Shown here: one piece after another, positions 45,238 through 58,600 of the stretch
Layout: each line of letters opens with the position of its first letter
Numbering within the stretch: position 1 is the first letter of the stretch
IMG/VR virus record: IMGVR_UViG_3300025389_001063
Length of the DNA stretch: 64,000 bases
Origin: a virus
Taxonomy: Duplodnaviria > Caudoviricetes
Direction: 5' to 3' (one strand)
Notes under the pieces: generated by a model
Seen by the model: the letters and a program-made list of their open reading frames with translations, nothing else
The model's database searches: none
Told to the model about the DNA's origin: nothing
Made by a program: the position numbers and the translations under genes

Positions 45238-46248
45238 TTAGATATTTGTTAATATTCTAGTATTAAATCCAGTAGGAGCAACAACATTAACATTTGATCC
45301 AGATGCTCTACGAATAGAAACATTGCTTGTTAATGTTCCATCAACCCAATCTTTGTGGTAGTAGTGAGTTACTTTAGAACTATGAGCATCATCAAAATAT
45401 ATAGTCACATAAATTTTACTTGCTCCGCCATTGGAATTATTTTCAATATCACAAGACATTGTTACATAGTAATGATTTACTGAGTAATGAGAACTATATG
45501 TAGAATCTCCTGCCATAGTAAAAACTGTTTGTGCATTATTAGTTAATTGATAAAAACCAATAGAACTTCCAGATCCTACACTATTGCTACTTGTACAAGA
45601 ACTATGATCAAAAATTATAGTTCCCATGTTATTTAATGTTCTTGTCCAAGACAAATTCTGCTGAGAAACTCTGCCACCTGTTCTAGATGCAGAAAGTCTT
45701 AAACTACTGCCACTGTTGAAAAAATATCTAGCTGCTTGTGGATTTCTAAAATCTATTGTAAAAGCATGTCTAACAGTTTCTCCACCATACAATTGTGCTG
45801 ATTTATAAGAACTATTATTTCCCCAAGGAAGAACTCTATTATTTGACAAATCTGGTGACAATAATTCATCTGAATATTGACCTGAACCTAGTAAAAATCT
45901 ATTTGTAGATAGAAAATTTAAACAACTTTGATAGGCTTGAAGATGACTTGCTAAAATAATATCGTGCTGATTAATTGTTGGAAGATTAGTAATATGAGAA
46001 TCATTTTGAAGACCACAGTGTGTTGCTACTTTAATAATATCAGATTTTAATTTAGCAATTTGAACTGCTTTTACTTCATCTACAACACTTGTAACTTGAC
46101 CACTCAAAAGAGTTTGCCCATAACCATAAGTTGCAGCAATTGGATCATTCGGATAATTAGTAACTTGATCTCCTAATATCCTAGAAAGAAATGATTGTAA
46201 GTCATCGAAATCAGTTGATCTAATTAGTGCGCCTGTAGTTGTGGTCAT
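45238..46248 (-). CDS. virion structural protein, paralogue of 44220-45182
   Basis: GYGQ and DF....ARYFFN.G, SSIGFYQLTN, C-terminal G.NVNV.APT. Confidence 0.6.
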   Translation of the reverse strand: MTTTTGALIRSTDFDDLQSFLSRILGDQVTNYPNDPIAATYGYGQTLLSGQVTSVVDEVKAVQIAKLKSDIIKVATHCGLQNDSHITNLPTINQHDIILASHLQAYQSCLNFLSTNRFLLGSGQYSDELLSPDLSNNRVLPWGNNSSYKSAQLYGGETVRHAFTIDFRNPQAARYFFNSGSSLRLSASRTGGRVSQQNLSWTRTLNNMGTIIFDHSSCTSSNSVGSGSSIGFYQLTNNAQTVFTMAGDSTYSSHYSVNHYYVTMSCDIENNSNGGASKIYVTIYFDDAHSSKVTHYYHKDWVDGTLTSNVSIRRASGSNVNVVAPTGFNTRILTNI

Positions 46249-46265
46249 ATTTTACATCCCCAATA

Positions 46266-47855
46266 TTAAAGTATGACTGCCATTACTACGCCTGGATCGC
46301 TGTCAACCTTGTCTTCGATAGATTTAGCAAACACAGATGTATGTGGATATCCAACTCCGTCTCCAATAGATACAGCGTATCCCGGATTTGATGAGGTTAC
46401 CAATACATCTCCCTTATGAACAGGACCAACAACTTTTACAGGAACTTTTCCTCTAAGTGCTACTGGTAAGTAATCTGCTGTTTCTCCGCTGTCGTTCATT
46501 AAGTATGCAGGATTAGTTGATATAACACCTGCTACTCTACTATCTGCTAATTTCATAGTAAGTGTGATTTCTTTATTTCCACCAAATACTACTACTGTTC
46601 CTGGTTCATAAACATTATCTGCTTCATATTTCTCTGCCAAGTCAGCATATTGTGCTCTTGTAGCAATAGCATCAATTGTTCCTGCTGCAAAATTACCATT
46701 GTTATCTCTAGCAACAATAGTATTATTTGTATTAGTAGCTGTTGAAACAACATACTTTGTAAGATCAGCAGGATTTGGCGGAGTTCCGTTTGCATAATCA
46801 AAATACAAAGTTTTTGCTCTATCAGATGTACCTACTACATTTCCTATGAAGTTACCTCCATGAAAATTATCAGCATATATGTCTTTAGCATATATGTTTC
46901 TCCATCTAAGCAATGGTTCACCTAAATCGTATGTATCTGTAAGTCCCGGATCAACTGCACTACCTAGAATTTGCATAGTTTCTTTAACTATAGTACCGTC
47001 TTTTATTTTAAAAATAATATTATTTGATTGTGTATTTTGAATAGTTGGAATAGAACTAACAATACCTACACTGAGTGTTTGATTAATACCACCTACTGTA
47101 AATCCGTTAGTATCAAACTGAGATGTTCCGTAAAAAACAGAATCTTGAGCAAGTACATATTCATGCGCTGCATGGAATGTGCTAGTTGTTGCATCTAACA
47201 TTCCATCTGCAGAACTAGCAGTTCCCCAATAGCGATCACCATTAGTTGATACTCCCGAAGAATTATTTGCATCAACTATAGTCATACCAGCATGTATAGT
47301 TCCAAAACCTACAATAGGATTAACTGTCTCATTTAAATTGAAAGTATCTTTAGAAATAATAAATTCTATTTTATCATTAATAAATGCTTCCATAATTGCA
47401 TGTTTATTATTCTGATCGTCTAGAACACTAACACTTTCCCATTGAGTTATTCCCAATCCAGCAACTGCTTGAGGACCAATAAGAACAAATTTAGATATTC
47501 CATCAAAAGCATATAACTGGTTAGAATCAGTATTCCACCAAAAATCGCCAGTAGTTAATCCTGGGGGTTCAGTTGGGCCAATCTCTGCACCACCTGTAGT
47601 TCTCCAATGTAGAGCATCCCAAAATTTTAATTTTCTGTTTGCAGAATCGTACCATATCTGTCCACTAAGAGCATTTGGAGGAGCAGCAGTATTGGAAAAA
47701 TTTTCCATCAAATACACAAAATTTTCATTTTGTATATCACCGTATCCTGCGTAATTTTTACCTATTAACTGGATAGTAGTACTACTATTATTTAGAGTAC
47801 CCTCATCAACGGTTACTAGTGGTGATCCGTTATATCTATTAATTTGATATGGCAT
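46266..47855 (-). CDS. tail fibre/baseplate protein with C-terminal chaperone-like domain
   Basis: Shared N-terminal GKNY.GYG...ENF..L.ENF...GQIWYD; C-terminal YADLAEKY...VALRGKVPVKV. Confidence 0.7.
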   Translation of the reverse strand: MPYQINRYNGSPLVTVDEGTLNNSSTTIQLIGKNYAGYGDIQNENFVYLMENFSNTAAPPNALSGQIWYDSANRKLKFWDALHWRTTGGAEIGPTEPPGLTTGDFWWNTDSNQLYAFDGISKFVLIGPQAVAGLGITQWESVSVLDDQNNKHAIMEAFINDKIEFIISKDTFNLNETVNPIVGFGTIHAGMTIVDANNSSGVSTNGDRYWGTASSADGMLDATTSTFHAAHEYVLAQDSVFYGTSQFDTNGFTVGGINQTLSVGIVSSIPTIQNTQSNNIIFKIKDGTIVKETMQILGSAVDPGLTDTYDLGEPLLRWRNIYAKDIYADNFHGGNFIGNVVGTSDRAKTLYFDYANGTPPNPADLTKYVVSTATNTNNTIVARDNNGNFAAGTIDAIATRAQYADLAEKYEADNVYEPGTVVVFGGNKEITLTMKLADSRVAGVISTNPAYLMNDSGETADYLPVALRGKVPVKVVGPVHKGDVLVTSSNPGYAVSIGDGVGYPHTSVFAKSIEDKVDSDPGVVMAVIL

Positions 47856-47897
47856 TCTAGAAGCTCCTGAACTTTCGTGGTCCGTTTTAAGTATTTA

Positions 47898-49871
47898 TCA
47901 TATACTGCTAGTTAAATCAGTATCGAAAACCCATGCATTATTCCTTATAATAAATCTTTTTAAATATCTTGTAACAGTTGGGGGGGATCCTGTACCCAAG
48001 TGTTGGACATGTACATATGCGTATTTTCCGTCTATATACAAGGATGCTTGTGCTATATCATTTAACATTAGAATAATATTAGTATTAATATTCCCAGATA
48101 ATCCGTTATCTATAAAAGTTAGTGCTATAGGGGATTGTTGTATTGCTCCCGTTACATAATATTTAGGAACTGCATCATTTAAATTTACAGGAAATCCAAC
48201 ATTTGCAATTCTTGGGTAAACTGTAGTTCCACTAATTGTTCTAGTTACTAGGACAATGTTTCCTGTTCCATTTGGATTTAATTCAAGATCTTGATTAGTT
48301 ACTGTAGCAGATATCATATTATTAGAAATATTTAAAGTTCCTGCTGTTAAACTAATTTGATGCCCGATTGATGTTAATCCTGGAGCACTAGTAACTGAAG
48401 ATAATAGTGTAGTTGAATTTAAGATTTCGACTCCGCCAATAGAAAAATATTTTCCTGATCTTAAGTTAAAATTCTCAGAGCAATCAAAAGATTGCGTAGA
48501 AAGATTAAACAGCATCGATTTATCTGTTGTTCCTTTAATAACAACGCCGCCACCATCTGCTGCAAGATCAGACGCCGAAAATGCTGATACTTTATTAATT
48601 GTTCCTATTACAGGAACACTACTGCCAACTGATGTAACTGTAAGTGTAGTTGAATTAACTATACTTAATATGGATACTGAATTTCCTGCTCCTAAATTTC
48701 CACTTCCTGACGCAGATTCAATTCTTTCTCCAATTATTAGTCCTACTGTAGATGATAATCCAGTAATTGTTAATGTCCACGGTCCAGATCCAGGAGTTAA
48801 AGGTGGAGAATTATCAACAACTGATGTGATAGTTGCAGTATCACCTATAATAATCGAAGAAACAACTGCTAATTCTAGATTTTTATCATCCACTGTTAGA
48901 ATAGTTGAATTAATTCTAGTGTTAGTTCCTTCTACTATTAGATCTCCTCTAACTCTCAAATTTCCAGCAACGTCGAGTGCTTGTTGAGGAGTAACTGTCC
49001 ATAAACCAATTTGGTTTGTACTTGCATCTATATAAATTGGAGTATATGTACCAGTACTGTTCTTTGTTTGAAATAAAATTGATCCTTGATTCAAAACATT
49101 TTCTAAAACAAGAGTAGTATTGTTTATTCTAAAATTAGCCGATTGACGTTGTCCAATTGTTAAACCGTTATCATTTTGAATTAATATTTTTTGAGCATTT
49201 ATTGCTGCTTCATCACTTCTCATAAACTGAGAATCTGTTAAACCATTAAACAAAATCGAATTAGATGATGTTCCACCTGTAATTGAACTAACATTACTAT
49301 TTGGTGTATATCCTTTGTTTAATCCATTAGAAAATCCTGGAATAGGTGGACTTGGAGTAAAAGTATCTGATGCATAAATTCCAAGTAATGTATCTGAAAT
49401 ATAAAGATAAAGTATAGATCTTGGATTTTTTGTTGAATCGTAAATTGTATCAGCAACAAATCCTGTTATTCCTTGCGATTTTTTCCATGTAGGGCCAGCT
49501 AATACTAAATCTGTTCCTGTATGAAACCATAGCTGATTTTCTAAATTATCAATCCAAAAATCACCTGTATTAAAAACAAGAGGTTCTATATCTGCAACAA
49601 TAGGACCACCTGCTGTTCTCCAACCTGTAGGAGTATAAACTTTTAATCCATCTGATGTGGCATCAAACCATAATTGACCAATAAGAGGATTTGTAGGCTG
49701 CGCAACACCTGCAAAATTTTCTAAAAGATAGATAAAATTTTCATTAAGTTGTTGTCCATAATTTGTAAAGTTTTTACCTATGAGAGTAAGATCGGTAGTA
49801 GAAGTATTAATTGTACTATCGGCTAATTGGATCAATAAATTTCCATTTGTTAAATTAATAGTATAAGACAT
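47898..49871 (-). CDS. tail fibre/baseplate protein
   Basis: Same N-terminal module (GKNFTNYG...LLENF...GQLWFD). Confidence 0.7.
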   Translation of the reverse strand: MSYTINLTNGNLLIQLADSTINTSTTDLTLIGKNFTNYGQQLNENFIYLLENFAGVAQPTNPLIGQLWFDATSDGLKVYTPTGWRTAGGPIVADIEPLVFNTGDFWIDNLENQLWFHTGTDLVLAGPTWKKSQGITGFVADTIYDSTKNPRSILYLYISDTLLGIYASDTFTPSPPIPGFSNGLNKGYTPNSNVSSITGGTSSNSILFNGLTDSQFMRSDEAAINAQKILIQNDNGLTIGQRQSANFRINNTTLVLENVLNQGSILFQTKNSTGTYTPIYIDASTNQIGLWTVTPQQALDVAGNLRVRGDLIVEGTNTRINSTILTVDDKNLELAVVSSIIIGDTATITSVVDNSPPLTPGSGPWTLTITGLSSTVGLIIGERIESASGSGNLGAGNSVSILSIVNSTTLTVTSVGSSVPVIGTINKVSAFSASDLAADGGGVVIKGTTDKSMLFNLSTQSFDCSENFNLRSGKYFSIGGVEILNSTTLLSSVTSAPGLTSIGHQISLTAGTLNISNNMISATVTNQDLELNPNGTGNIVLVTRTISGTTVYPRIANVGFPVNLNDAVPKYYVTGAIQQSPIALTFIDNGLSGNINTNIILMLNDIAQASLYIDGKYAYVHVQHLGTGSPPTVTRYLKRFIIRNNAWVFDTDLTSSI

Positions 49872-52003
49872 TATACAAACTTTCCTGTAAATATGATATA
49901 ATTGATAGTTACATATGGATTCATAATTTCTATCGGATTAGGATTAGGGTTACCGTGAACATCTTTAATTCCTCCAACCATGTCTCCTGTTTGTGAATTA
50001 TATGCAGCTTGCCCTGGAATATTCGGGCCATTTCCTAAAATCGAATGTGTATCTGTAGGAGGAATAGTTGTAGGACTAGGATTAATTGTATAATATTCTC
50101 CACCTTGATCACCTAAGAAAGTATGTTTATGGTTTGGTATATTAGAAATACCCAATGTTACATTTTCTACGCCGTTAATATTTCCTAGTGTAGAAGCAGA
50201 AGTTTGTATAGTGCCACTAGGTGCTTGAGTATTACTGTCAATAGGTCCTAATCTAGATTCAACAGTATCTGAATTATTCATCGTATTGCGACCTAATGCA
50301 AATTTTCCTCTTAAATCAGGTAATCTAAATGTAGCAATTCCTGATAAAGATAAAGGATCACCATATGTGTAAAGTAATACCTGAAAAAGATCTGGATAAT
50401 CGACTCTAGATTTTTCACTTCCGTCACAAAATAGATAACCAGCAGGTGGCGTTGTTCCAGCAAAAGGTAATATAGTTCCTATCGGAATTAATGCAGTATT
50501 AGTGAAAAAATTCGATCTTAACATTTTTCCTAATTGACCAGTTCCTGGACGATATATTAAAAGTTCATCAGACCCTTGTGGCGGATTAGGTAATTCTACT
50601 TTAGAATCAATAAAATCAACACTAATAGTGGTATTAAAAGTTTTTACTGCAAGACCTGTTGATGGGTCTATTGACCCATCATAAGAAAAACCAGCACTAG
50701 TAACATCTCCTGACATATTAAATGTTGTGGAGGATTTAAGATTTGTAGCAGATCCTGTTACACTTCCTGTAACATTTCCTGTTACACTTCCTGTAACATT
50801 TCCTACAAAATTTGCAGAATGTATAGAAGCAAATCTTTTACTAGAATTACCTATATTAAAAAGATTATCAATACTAGGTAAAAATATATCAGTTATTCCT
50901 GAAGAATTCCCAACATTTATAACACTATTAAATGTTGTTCCACCTTGTACATAAAGATCTTTCTGGATAGTTGCTCCACCAGATATTTGTAATGCCGATC
51001 CATTAATATCTCCGTATGTTGCTGTACTAGTAATAGAAACAATATCACTAAAAGTAGAATTACCTTTAACATCAAGTGTAGCACCTGGAGTAAAATTATT
51101 AGGTCCTATTCCTACATTTCCTGTAGAATCTGCACGAATAAGTGTAACTGTACTACCAGTACTATCTTTAATTCTAATGTCAAAAGCAGAATTAGATGTT
51201 GCATGATAGATATTTCCTATCTTTCCACTATCTACTGATATTTGTAATTGTCCAGATTCTCCTGTTGCTATACCTTGATCTGTCTTTATAGATATTGGAT
51301 AATTAGTAATATTTGATACATCTTTTCTTAAAAAATTAGATGCAGCAACTACTGATGTTCCTATAATTAAATTTTCAGCCTTTTCTGCTACTCCCCAATA
51401 TTTTGTATTACTAATATTTGTACTAATATTAATTCCAGCATTAATTGCTTTAAATCCGTCAATGGCAACTTTAGGAACAAAAGAACTTGCGCTATAAATT
51501 GTAACTACTTGGTCGTCTACATAAGTTTTAAGGATTGTATGCGAACCTGGAGTAGTTCCCGAATCTAATATTGATTCTGCTACAACACCCGATTTAAGAC
51601 CACTACTAAATGTAGGTCCTACTAAAACCCAAGAAGCACCGTTGTAAAGAAATAACTGCTGATTTACAGTGTCAACCCATAAATCACCTTCTGTTTTTGC
51701 TATAGGTGCTGTTTCTCCTTTATTAACAGATCCTGCTGGTTTCCAACTAGTTCCGTCATATACTTTGAGATTATCTATTCCTATTGTTGAATCATACCAA
51801 AGTTGTCCTTGGACTGGATTAGAAGGAGATGATGAGTTGGAAAAATTTTCAAGTAAGTGAAGGAAATCTTCTGCTATGGTAACAGCATATCCTCTTTGAT
51901 TTCTTCCCGGTATAGATAAACTTGTGTCAGTATTAACTGTACTATCATTTACAGTAATAGGCTGTTTATTCTGAGAATCAGTAAAATTAATTGTATAACT
52001 CAT
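49871..52003 (-). CDS. tail fibre with tail-collar domain
   Basis: Same N-terminal module plus collar motif PIGTILPFAG...GYLFCDG...YPDLF...FRLPDLRG. Confidence 0.8.
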   Translation of the reverse strand: MSYTINFTDSQNKQPITVNDSTVNTDTSLSIPGRNQRGYAVTIAEDFLHLLENFSNSSSPSNPVQGQLWYDSTIGIDNLKVYDGTSWKPAGSVNKGETAPIAKTEGDLWVDTVNQQLFLYNGASWVLVGPTFSSGLKSGVVAESILDSGTTPGSHTILKTYVDDQVVTIYSASSFVPKVAIDGFKAINAGINISTNISNTKYWGVAEKAENLIIGTSVVAASNFLRKDVSNITNYPISIKTDQGIATGESGQLQISVDSGKIGNIYHATSNSAFDIRIKDSTGSTVTLIRADSTGNVGIGPNNFTPGATLDVKGNSTFSDIVSITSTATYGDINGSALQISGGATIQKDLYVQGGTTFNSVINVGNSSGITDIFLPSIDNLFNIGNSSKRFASIHSANFVGNVTGSVTGNVTGSVTGSATNLKSSTTFNMSGDVTSAGFSYDGSIDPSTGLAVKTFNTTISVDFIDSKVELPNPPQGSDELLIYRPGTGQLGKMLRSNFFTNTALIPIGTILPFAGTTPPAGYLFCDGSEKSRVDYPDLFQVLLYTYGDPLSLSGIATFRLPDLRGKFALGRNTMNNSDTVESRLGPIDSNTQAPSGTIQTSASTLGNINGVENVTLGISNIPNHKHTFLGDQGGEYYTINPSPTTIPPTDTHSILGNGPNIPGQAAYNSQTGDMVGGIKDVHGNPNPNPIEIMNPYVTINYIIFTGKFV

Positions 52004-52674
52004 CCGTTAAACCCCGATAAACTTTGTATTCTCACTGTATAATCTATCTGTATTAATCTGTTCAAACTTTTTTGAACAGGATGAAAGATAACATGAGTTA
52101 ATAATTTTCCTTCGTAATTAGTAGCATTAGGATCATATCCTCTTAATCCTAACTCATCAAAAACATATTCGCTTGTAGCACTTGCTACGTTATCAAATGC
52201 TTCTTGTCCTGCAGGCTCACCATAATCTAATAAACAAGAAACAAGAATATCTGTATAACTAGTACCAGTTATATGACGAGTTTGGAGGTAATTTCTTGTA
52301 GGATCAGTGTTAGCAGAACTATTAGAATCAACTACTTTTTTATAAGTTTCATTATATAATGAACTGTTTATACCTACTGTATTAGGAGTTAAATAGGTGA
52401 TAATTCCTGTAGGATCAACTTCAGTTCCTCCATTACCAAACGCCATTTGATAAATGGTTCCAACTCCAGAATTAGCCAAGCTTTCTGCTAATGCTATACT
52501 CATATTTTCATAATGAATAGCGTTTCTTTTATTAACAAAAATCTCTCCAGATTGTGGATCAAAAATTTTAATATGTCCTTCTATATGAAAGGGCCCTTTT
52601 TCGTCTGGCTGTTTAGTAGTCATTTCTTTGTCCTGTATTATAGTTTCTTTGGTTTTTTTAATATCTTTTTCCAT
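52000..52674 (-). CDS. baseplate/tail structural protein
   Basis: Between the giant protein and the fibre genes; ATAAATA at 52688-52694. Confidence 0.55.
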   Translation of the reverse strand: MEKDIKKTKETIIQDKEMTTKQPDEKGPFHIEGHIKIFDPQSGEIFVNKRNAIHYENMSIALAESLANSGVGTIYQMAFGNGGTEVDPTGIITYLTPNTVGINSSLYNETYKKVVDSNSSANTDPTRNYLQTRHITGTSYTDILVSCLLDYGEPAGQEAFDNVASATSEYVFDELGLRGYDPNATNYEGKLLTHVIFHPVQKSLNRLIQIDYTVRIQSLSGFNG

Positions 52675-52690
52675 AATAAACTCACTTTAT

Positions 52691-55600
52691 TTATTTAGGT
52701 AAAATCGCTGGTCTTGCTGTTAAGAACTGAGCAATATCTGTTTGACTATATACTAGAGGCACCGATTCCCCTCGTTTTTTCCAAATTCTACCAGTTTTAT
52801 AGATTATAATTACCAATTCTCCAGCAGCAGGTGGAGTAGAGAGTTTAATAGTATTATCAATTCCGCTTACTGCAAATTCTGCTTGTAAAGTTATATCTCC
52901 AGTACCTTGATAACTATCAATAGATTTTGTATAGTTATGTACTATGTATGGATTTTTAATTAATCTTCTTCCTCCAACATAAACTTCAATTTGATCACAT
53001 TGACCGTAACTTACAGGAATTCCGCTACTAATAACTAATCCTGGATGACTACCTGAATTAGTTGGCGTCGTTGCTGTGGCAATGAACGTTAATCCAGGTA
53101 CAGGAGTAGTTCCAGTTGGAACACCAACTTGTGACCAATTAGTAAGACCAATATCTGTAATAGTATATTGCTGACCTACAACAAGATTTGCAGGAGAAAC
53201 TACATTTATTGTGTCTCTATACCAATCAGTATCTAATATAGGTAAATTATAAGGTACCCAATAATTTGTATCAGTAATATCTATAGAAGTTTGAACATCT
53301 TTTATTGCTTGATAATAAATTCCATTATTCCAAACTATTGTACCCTTTGAATATGTTTGAGCAGTATACCATCTTTTTGTATGATTTATGTACCAATTAA
53401 TATCAATGACTTGTGCATATTCTTGCCAGAAACTAGATTGATTAGATAATGCATTAGATGGAATAGTGTTTAAAATTACATTTTGTGTAATTGCTGTTAA
53501 AACCAATTGTTTACCATCTTGCTGATCTGTAATTGTAAATTCAGTGTCTGATAAAATAGAATATACATAATAAATTTGTCCAGCATTTACATTTCCAAAT
53601 TTTGATCCAAATATAATACTTGTACCTACAGACAATGTTGCTGTACTCGAACATATAACAATATTTGTTTTTGTTGTAGAACCTGTAACAACAATAGTTG
53701 GATAAATTGCTGTGTAATAAATTCCATTATATACTACAATATCACCATTACTATAGGAGAGTGTATAATCATAATTTCCTATATATTTGAATCCTTTTTT
53801 ACTAAACCATTTAACTAACGAAGAATTCTTTGGAGTAAAATCAAGATTAAAAATAGTTGTATGATTGTCACCAAAATAAGTTATTTTATCTTCTTGATCT
53901 GAATAAGGAACTGTTTGATCTTGTCCAACATCAGAAACTTCAGTGCCAATTGAATAATAATTTTTTGCGCCAGTTCCTAATGTTGCTCTTCTTAATTGAC
54001 TTAATGTATTATTTTTCATTGAAAAATATTCAATACGCTCGCCTTCAATTTCAATAACTCCCGGAAGATTTTTATTAGGTGTTGGTAATTGAAGTTTAGT
54101 TGTATCATTAACTACAATTTGAGTATCTAAATACATAAAATCTTGTTTAAGATATGTAGAAGAACTGCTATCAATTCTTTTATAGATAGTTCTATTAAGC
54201 ATATCTTTAAAAATTTTAAAACCAAAACTAGGTCTAACAGTTCGATCATTAACTGTTAAAATTTCAATATATCCACTACTATTTAAAATATCAGGTAACA
54301 ATACTTTAACCTGACTTAAATTATCTAGAATTACATAATCAACGTTAGGTATTAGTAAACGTCTATTTAAAGAAACTAAACAACTTGATTTTGAAGAAAC
54401 AAGTCTAGGTAAATCAAATATACCACTAGTATTAACTGAAGAACTTAAAATATCATATTGCGTGAATTCGTATTGCAATACATCATATCCTGTAGTAAAT
54501 TTAAATCCATAACTACTTCTTCTAAATTTAACTATATCATGATTAGTAAATGTATTAACAACTATAAGAATCTGATTTTGTATTTGAAAATTTGTTTTAT
54601 TGAAAATCAATTGATCTCCAATAACTTTATAATCAGATAATTTTGTTATTTCTACAATAATTTCGTCTCCAGTTTTAGCAACACCTGGTGTTAAATTAAC
54701 TAAAACCTGATTACTATCTAAATAATAATCTCTCACTGGCACTAATTGTACACCGTTAAGATATAAACTTATATCATCAGCTACTAATGAGTTTGGTGGG
54801 AATCGAACTTCTTGTATATCAAGTATATCGATTCCTTCATAGGTAAAATACTTGTAAGCAGGTGCTTGCACGAACTCATTAACAACTGTTTGTGATCCAT
54901 CTGGACTAATTTTAATACTATCAACTAAAACAAAAATTGAAGCACTTAGAGGTTCTGCGTTAGCAGGAACTCTATTTAAGGTATATTGATATTGTCCGGG
55001 AACAATAGGAATAGTATCAGCAAAGACTCTACTAAATTTTTGCACTAATCCATTGAATATCATAATAACAATTTTGTCACCGTTTCCTGGTGCTTTTTCA
55101 AACTCAATAACCACATCACCCGGAACTCCGTATTCTGCTATTGTACTATTTTTAACAGTTATACTGTTTCTATAGGATGATGCTTGTACTTGTATAATAT
55201 ATTTTGTTGTTGAATCAAGTGTTGGTGATATTGTTTGTGCATACGTATCCCATCCTGCTCCTTTTACTAACATTACACCTGAACTTTGAGATAATAAAAT
55301 TGGTGGTCCATTTAAAGTTAAAGATATTGAAAATGTTGTGCTTGTAAAATTATCAGATGTTACATAGTAAACTGTATTATTGTTTACTCCAGCAAAACTT
55401 GGACCAAGAGCCGACTTACTAATTATTATAGGCATTCCTATTGAAAGTGTTGCTGTACTATCAACTATAAATTTGATATTATCACACTGTACTACAGGAA
55501 ACCAAATAAAGGATTCTTTAACTACTAAAGCTATTTTACTTTTTGGATCATAATATTCTATAAGACCAAACTGTTCTATACCTGTTCCATCAACAATCGA

Positions 55601-58600
55601 TATAAATGCTCCAGGTGCATCAGTTGGACTATAACTACTTGAATAATCTGTACTAGATGAAATATCAGAATCTGATAATATTATGCTTACTGTATCACCA
55701 CCTTGTGCATAATTTGTATTAAGTATTTCATAACCCAAATATTCTCCATTTAGTATTACTAAAGGTGTTACATTTCCATTATTATAACGTGCAGAAGTTA
55801 AAAATTCTTTTGTACTTCCGTCACCTATAAATGAAACTTGATCTGCAATATCATATCCAGCAGTATCAACGCTAGTTATAGCAATTTGTGCTCCTAAATC
55901 GGGAATATATGGATGATATTGTCCCGTTGTAAAATCGTAACTAAGAATTGTAATTTTATTTTCTTTATAATCAACTGCAAGATCGATTGCTCTATTACCT
56001 ACAGTAACAAGAGCACCTTCTCGTGTTTTTGGCATTAAGGAAGATGGTAAAGTAAACGAACTGTTTACACCGTCACCTAAGAAATTATGTACAATAACAT
56101 TAGGACCACCAGATGAAGGAGTATGATAAACATTAATTTCTAATGTATCAACTACTTGGCCTTGAACTAATTCTTCAGGACCGTAACTAGTATCAGAAGT
56201 AACAAATCCGTCACCGTCGATAATAATTTCTTCAGCAGATACACCGGATGCTGTAGTATATGCTAAGTCGCCGCCATCAACTAAAGAATCAATTAAAGTT
56301 AAATCTGCGGGCAATATTGCTCCATCACTTGTACTTTTACGGAAAGTAATTGTATCATTAGAAGTAAATGCATGTGGTAAAGTAATTTGATTTTTGATTC
56401 CATCTCCAACAAATGTATCCATGATAGTATTTTTTGGAGAACTTGTTAGACCATTCGGTTGTACTGTGCTACCATCATAGTGAGAATAATAAAGATCATC
56501 AACTCGTATTCCATTGACATAGATATTAATTATTTCTCCATTTTTTGGAACATAAGGCAACGTAAATATTACTGTTGAATGATCTGGTATAACAACAAAA
56601 TCATCAGTAGAATTAATAACGTTATCCCATGATGTTGAATCCCAAGGTATTACATCCCAACCACCTCCAACATTAAAGTCGATGCTAGTTAGTTGAACTC
56701 CACTATAATCAACTCCGGTCATTAATAAACCTAATTCATTACCGAGCATTCCTTCTGTTGGAGAATATCCATAATTAATTCTATCTGCTGAATCAAAAAG
56801 TTGAATATTCTTTTTATAAGAAATTGTAATATTGTTAACACCGTATGAAGGTGCTGTTTTAAATACAACATAACCTTCTAATGCAGAATATGTATCATGT
56901 AAATTCTGTACAATTGATATGCTATATAAAGATCCATATATTTCAATATTATTAACTAAAATATTAAAATTAACTTTCTTTGGATCAGGTGCAAAAGTTA
57001 ATTTAAATGATTTAAGACTTCCTGTTCCAGAAAATGTATCTGTATAATAAAAATCTTGTATTGTATAATTAGGTGAGATTCTATCATATTTGATACCTAT
57101 TTTAGTTGTTCTAACCTGATTATTACCTATTATTGCAACTGCTTTTGCTATTGGATCACCTTTAGCATTTCCGCCACTAATGAATATTGTCGGTGCGTAT
57201 GTATATCCAGTTCCTGGATTATCTATTTCAATACTAACTAATTTTCCTTTAGCAATATAAGCAGTTGCTTTAGCACCGGTACCGTCTCCTGTAATAATAA
57301 CATCAGGAATACTTTTATATCCGTCACCTTGATCATACACTTTAATTTCTATTACACCATACTTGTAATTGTCATACCAACTCTTCCAAGGGTAAGTATT
57401 GATAAATGATGATGTTAATGATCCTCTTATTATTTTTCCAACATTTGAATCATAATAAGAAAATAAATCAAAGTCTGTAGTTAACTCATATGCTGGATCT
57501 GTATAATTATAAGAGTCTAACATTTCTCTAATCTTACTCTTATATGGTTTAACTTCTTCAATATATTTTTGATAACTTGGAAGCACGTCACTTTGATAAG
57601 TTATTCTTTGTTTTAATGTTCCTGCATTATGATTAATTTTTAAGAAACTAGTTTTAAAGACCCAATCAACATATAGTTGTTCATGTAATGAATAATTTAC
57701 ACTATTAAAAAATGTACTAATATATTCAACTCTTAATTCATTAATTAAAATATTATCTCTTATTGATTCTAGAATAATTCTTAATTCAATGCTAGGTCCT
57801 TGATCGTAGAGACTGTTATCATAACTATAAATTGTATCAAACCCTAAATCACTATTAAGATTATAGAGTTTATCTGAGAATTGTATAGTTCCGTTTTGTT
57901 TTCCAACAACTTCGTATACTTGTGTATAATCTGGATTTTCTGTAGAAGATACCCTCTGAAGAAGCAACCAGTTATTACTTACATTAGTTACTTTAACTAA
58001 ATCTCCCACCGATGATTGTAATCCTTCAAGATTAACAGTTCTATCTACTTGAAACTTTATATTTGATTCTGAACTGTATCCTTTAGCATACCAATCAGCA
58101 TAATTCCAATAACGCTGAACGTTCCATCCTTGTGTTTTAATTCTTCTCCAATAATAAGTTCCTATATTTCCTGTATTACTAAACCAATCATGTAATGTCC
58201 ATCCGCCTAATGCATCTGAATCAGACCTTATTAAAACTGTATAATTTCTTACATAAATTTTAGTAGAATATGTGTCATAATCATGACCTCTTTTTATAAC
58301 AGTAGCCGCAGAAACAGATCCATTACTATCTAATATTAATTTTATTTTTGCTCCTGTACCTACACCTAAAATTTGTACGGCAGGAGCAACCTTATATCCA
58401 TAACCAGAATCAACAATTGTAACTCTAATAATTTGTCCGTCTTTAATAACAGGAGATAAAACTGCTGCTCTAAGTTTTGCTGTTCCAATAAATCTTAGAT
58501 CATCAAGTATATCAACAATTTGATCAATTTTTCCAGAATTTAGATCAGGTTCTAGATCAGATTTAAGTAAATTCACAAAATTAATTTTGTCTGCAATTTG

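Noticed and set aside
47856-47897. GAAA-tetraloop hairpin in the leader of the 46266-47855 gene
   Set aside because: The stem is only 2-3 bp; not supportable.
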